From a virus (lineage: Duplodnaviria; Caudoviricetes), in the IMG/VR virus record IMGVR_UViG_3300027708_000088, positions 1 through 56,380 of that record: DNA of 56,380 nt, one strand, 5' to 3'. Shown piece by piece: positions 53,373-56,380 of the stretch; position 1 is the stretch's first letter, and each line of letters begins with the position of its first letter. The position numbers were made by a program, and so were the translations under genes. Below the pieces are notes generated by a model that did not search any database, was not told where the DNA came from, and saw only the letters and a program-made list of their open reading frames with translations.

Positions 53373-54172
53373 AGAAGAAAGTTGACGATCTGCTTAAAGA
53401 ATCTCAGATCATCAAGGCTTTGGCTGAGGCCCGTAAGTATGAGGCTGAGGCTGCGAATCTTGAAATCAACGAAGCCGATGTTGAGGTTGAACGGAATATT
53501 CGGTTAGCGGATTTGCGGTCAACACTGGCGGCTGCCGATCAAGTTGAGAGTGACGCGGAGATCACCCGTATCACTAGGGATGCACAGTTACGCCAGGAGA
53601 AGTTCACGCTACTGAGCGATCACTATCACTTCCACATGGATTTCCGTTGCGATGTCGATTACAAGTCTGTCGATAAGGCTTTGCAGCAGCTACGGATTTG
53701 GGATCGCATCGACAACAAGTCAGCGTGGTTCATTGACATCCAGTCGGACGGCGGGAGCGCCCTCGACGGGTTCGCGTTGTTTGATCGCCTCGTCGCGCAT
53801 TCTAAGCGCGGCAAGCGAAGCAAGGACGGCAAGAAGTTGACGTTCGGCCGGCACAACGTCACCATGACCGTGTTGGGGCACGCGGCGAGCATGGGTGCGA
53901 TCTTGTTGCAGGCTGCCGACGAGCGGGTGATCGGCCCCGAGGGTGTCCTGATGATCCACAAGGTGAGTGCGGGTGCGGCCGGCAAGGTCAGCGAAATTAT
54001 GAACACGGCGAAATTTCTGGAACGCATGTGTGACCGGATTGCGAATGTGTTTGTGGAGCGGTCCAATGGCCGAATCGACCTAGAGACTTTCCAGCGTAAG
54101 TGGGAACACAACGATTGGTGGATCACGTCCGAGGAAGCCTTGGAGCTTGGATTTGTGGACAGGATCGGCTGA
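53366..54172 (+). CDS. clpP: ClpP-like protease with N-terminal coiled coil
   Basis: IQSDGG, HAASMG (Ser), LMIHK (His), DWWITSEEALELGFVD (Asp). Confidence 0.9.
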   Translation: MVEKKVDDLLKESQIIKALAEARKYEAEAANLEINEADVEVERNIRLADLRSTLAAADQVESDAEITRITRDAQLRQEKFTLLSDHYHFHMDFRCDVDYKSVDKALQQLRIWDRIDNKSAWFIDIQSDGGSALDGFALFDRLVAHSKRGKRSKDGKKLTFGRHNVTMTVLGHAASMGAILLQAADERVIGPEGVLMIHKVSAGAAGKVSEIMNTAKFLERMCDRIANVFVERSNGRIDLETFQRKWEHNDWWITSEEALELGFVDRIG

Positions 54173-54390
54173 TGCGCCGCAGGATAAATCCAGAATTTGA
54201 ATTGGCAAAACGTCACATGACGAAACTGGAGAACCGTATCGCCTACCTGGAACAGGAATTGGAGTGGATGACCGGGGAGCGCAACAAGCTGCACCGGATT
54301 GTTCAGGCCGCTCGCGAAGGACATGAGCACATCCACCGCGCACTGTTCCCCGACAACATCCACCAGCTTCGCCACGGGACAACGGAATGA
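54172..54390 (+). CDS. Small coiled-coil protein
   Basis: TGATG overlap; heptad pattern. Confidence 0.55.
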   Translation: MRRRINPEFELAKRHMTKLENRIAYLEQELEWMTGERNKLHRIVQAAREGHEHIHRALFPDNIHQLRHGTTE

Positions 54391-54701
54391 GCGACTGGCA
54401 TCACCGTTACCGCCGCATCATCGACAGCTACCGGACAGCCTTATTGGACAGGTCACCCGACGCCTGCCGGCTAGTCGATGCCAGGATGGTGGAGTTCGGT
54501 GAGTCATGGGTGTGCAACGATGATCCGATTGATGTAAACGCTCTCATGTCGGCTCCCGAGATCGCCCGTCAATTCGGATTCAACTTGTGGGATGTTCACA
54601 ATTGGGCGAGGGCCGGGAACTTAACTCGTCACGGTAATCCAACCCGCCCTAAATATCGTTTGGGTGATGTGTTGGCTTACCAAGCCATGAAAAAGCAATA
54701 A
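54387..54701 (+). CDS. HTH DNA-binding protein (MerR-like C-terminus)
   Basis: RRIIDSYR.AL; EIARQF...VHNWARAG...YRLGDV. Confidence 0.7.
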   Translation: MSDWHHRYRRIIDSYRTALLDRSPDACRLVDARMVEFGESWVCNDDPIDVNALMSAPEIARQFGFNLWDVHNWARAGNLTRHGNPTRPKYRLGDVLAYQAMKKQ

Positions 54702-54729
54702 TCTGTAAATGTATAATGGGAGTCAGTGG

Positions 54730-55149
54730 ATGACCTATGCCCAAAAATGGCTTCCCATTCCCGGTTTTAGCGGCTACGAAGTGTCTGACCTGGGAAATGT
54801 TCGCAATGTGAGGCATGACCGAATTTTGGTTCAGCATGCCGCCGCGAATGGTTCGGGCCTGTACGTTAATCTCGGCAAATCGACCCGCTTGGTTCACAAA
54901 TTAGTGGTGCTGGCTTTTGACGGGAATGGTGGCCGGCGCATCAATCACTTGAATGGTGACCGGCGGGATAATCGTTTATCGAATTTGACTCAGCGACGGC
55001 GCGACAGCGTCCCCGCCGGGTCCAAATGTTCTAATGGGCATGAACTGTCCGGTAGTAATGTCGCCATGTGGGGCGGCGGTAACCGCATTTGTGTGGCTTG
55101 TCGCGATGGCAGGCCAGCGAATCGGCAGCTACCTGACGTTTTGAAATAG
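54730..55149 (+). CDS. NUMOD4/HNH homing endonuclease
   Basis: WLPIPGFSGYEVSDLGNVR (NUMOD4), VHKLV..AF, INHLNGDRRDNRLSNL, CSNGH...CVAC. Confidence 0.88.
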   Translation: MTYAQKWLPIPGFSGYEVSDLGNVRNVRHDRILVQHAAANGSGLYVNLGKSTRLVHKLVVLAFDGNGGRRINHLNGDRRDNRLSNLTQRRRDSVPAGSKCSNGHELSGSNVAMWGGGNRICVACRDGRPANRQLPDVLK

Positions 55150-55183
55150 GTTTGGGCGCTCCCCTTCGGGTTGCATGCGCTCA

Positions 55184-55237
55184 GGTGGACGGGCCTCGCC
55201 TTTGCGCGCGTGGGGATGTGCGCGAGGCCCGTCCACC
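55184..55237 (+). other. Perfect 16-bp inverted repeat (stem-loop)
   Basis: GGTGGACGGGCCTCGC (55184-55199) / GCGAGGCCCGTCCACC (55222-55237). Confidence 0.8.
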
Positions 55238-55266
55238 ATTTCCACTAAACGAAGAAGGGGTAACCC

Positions 55267-55422
55267 GTGTTCGGAAAGTGTTCGTACTGTGAAATGGAAA
55301 GACCGTATAGCTGGATCGGCGGTCAACATTGCAGGTTGCATCACGGTGTTCCACAGTTACTAGCGTTGGACTGGCCGGCATCACCGATGTCTCACTACCC
55401 GTCTGATTGGCCCGTGGCATGA
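55267..55422 (+). CDS. 51-aa Cys/His protein (not in ORF track)
   Basis: AAGGGG RBS, GTG start, CSYC...CRLHH, ATGA overlap with next gene. Confidence 0.5.
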   Translation: MFGKCSYCEMERPYSWIGGQHCRLHHGVPQLLALDWPASPMSHYPSDWPVA

Positions 55423-56183
55423 GCGCCCGAATACTGGTTCTCGACATTGAAACCCAACGGGCCGTTGTCGAAACTTTCAGTTTGTTTAGCGACTACACAT
55501 CAATTGATCGTGTGTTGGTTCCGGCGCGGGTGTTGTGCTTCGCCGCCAAATGGTTCGGTGAAGAACAAATGTTCTTCCACGCCGCCTGGGATGACGATGA
55601 CGAGTACAACTACGATCTGATGTTGCGCGCGGCATGGAACCTCTACCATGAGGCCGATTTTGTGGCGACGTGGAACGGGGATCGTTTCGATACGCAGTGG
55701 CTGATGGCCGAGTTCGGTCGGCTTGAGCTTGGCCCACCTTCGCCTTTTAAGGGCTTGGATTTGATGAAAGTTGCGAAAAAGAATTTCGGCCAGGGCTTGA
55801 TGTCTAAGAAGCTGGATTGGTTGGCTCGCAACTGGATTGGTGACCGTAAGGCCGGTCATGGTGGTAAAGATTTGTGGCATGAGATTCGGCATGGGGATCA
55901 GAAGTCAAGGAAGTCGGCGCAGAAAACGATGCGCGCTTACAACGAGCAAGACGTAATCCTGACTGAGAAAATGCTGGACCGCTTTTTGCCGTGGACGGGG
56001 ATAAACGTCGCCTTGTATGAGGAGAATCCCAAGGGTTGCACTAAATGTGCCTCGTCCAATTTGGTCAAGGACGGCTTGTATCACACAACCACTCAAACGT
56101 ATCAGCAGTACAGGTGTAAGCAATGCGGCGGCTGGTCGAGGGGTCCGCGTTCGCTTGGCACAAGCGACTTGAGGCCGCTGTGA
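55419..56183 (+). CDS. RNase H-like (DnaQ/DEDD) exonuclease with C-terminal zinc ribbon
   Basis: LDIET, TWNGDRFD, YNEQDV; CTKC...CKQC. Confidence 0.88.
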   Translation: MSARILVLDIETQRAVVETFSLFSDYTSIDRVLVPARVLCFAAKWFGEEQMFFHAAWDDDDEYNYDLMLRAAWNLYHEADFVATWNGDRFDTQWLMAEFGRLELGPPSPFKGLDLMKVAKKNFGQGLMSKKLDWLARNWIGDRKAGHGGKDLWHEIRHGDQKSRKSAQKTMRAYNEQDVILTEKMLDRFLPWTGINVALYEENPKGCTKCASSNLVKDGLYHTTTQTYQQYRCKQCGGWSRGPRSLGTSDLRPL

Positions 56184-56270
56184 ATGTGGAGTGACTTATT
56201 TTTCAGTGAGGGCTGCCTCGTCTTGATTGTCGCGGCTAGCGTAATCGTTTTGATTTTGACGCGGGAGTAA
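56184..56270 (+). CDS. 28-aa hydrophobic microprotein
   Basis: GAGG RBS; CLVLIVAASVIVLIL. Confidence 0.35.
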   Translation: MWSDLFFSEGCLVLIVAASVIVLILTRE

Positions 56271-56274
56271 TGCC

Positions 56275-56373
56275 ATGACCATTGATCGCGGATGCGAGGA
56301 CGGCTGCATGTGGCCCAATCCCGATGATATTCACGATTACGTCGGGGAAGAACTAGCGGAGAATCAAGAATGA
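56275..56373 (+). CDS. 32-aa hypothetical protein; a further ORF starting at 56370 is cut by the window edge
   Basis: GGGAG RBS; ATGA overlap at 56370-56373. Confidence 0.35.
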   Translation: MTIDRGCEDGCMWPNPDDIHDYVGEELAENQE

Positions 56374-56380
56374 TTCCCAG

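Larger units (their letters stand above)
1..56380. mobile_element. Temperate siphovirus (actinobacteriophage, Mycobacterium-type host), near-complete genome or prophage interior
   Basis: Syntenic packaging, head, tail, lysis, integration/immunity and replication modules; LysB, DUF732, Lsr2 and WhiB indicate a mycolic-acid-containing host; no bacterial housekeeping flank. Confidence 0.95.

Noticed and set aside
1-56380. CRISPR array or cas operon
   Set aside because: No regularly spaced direct repeats seen; the Cas4-like nuclease is paired with a Rad52-like annealase as a recombination module

Overview
The whole window is a near-complete genome of a temperate siphovirus of mycolic-acid-containing actinobacteria (mycobacteriophage-like: LysB, DUF732, Lsr2, three WhiB proteins). 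No host chromosomal flank is visible, and the right edge cuts an ORF. The left arm (+ strand, 0.26-33 kb) runs: Dps-like gene, terS, a three-gene fibre-like cassette, terL, an Sm/LSm-like protein, portal, protease, HK97 capsid, neck, tail tube, frameshifted tail chaperones, tape measure, minor tail genes, lysis cassette and NrdH. A full-length tRNA-Lys(UUU) follows. Next is a leftward accessory operon (33.5-37.7 kb; WhiB, DUF732, Lsr2) behind a structured non-coding region, then an integrase, membrane protein, repressor and xis-like cassette. The rightward early/replication arm carries a C5 methyltransferase with a nested out-of-frame gene, exonuclease + Rad52-like SSAP, Rep, DnaB, RusA, two more WhiB, SSB, a PAPS-reductase-like protein, ClpP, HNH and an RNase H-like exonuclease. 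The most interesting items are the nested methyltransferase beta-like gene, the Sm-like protein between terminase and portal, Dps coupled to terS, an Lsr2 with an altered AT-hook behind a structured leader, repeated GACACGCC boxes in control regions, and several cases of intragenomic module shuffling. All calls come from reading motifs by eye; no database searches or folding programs were run.
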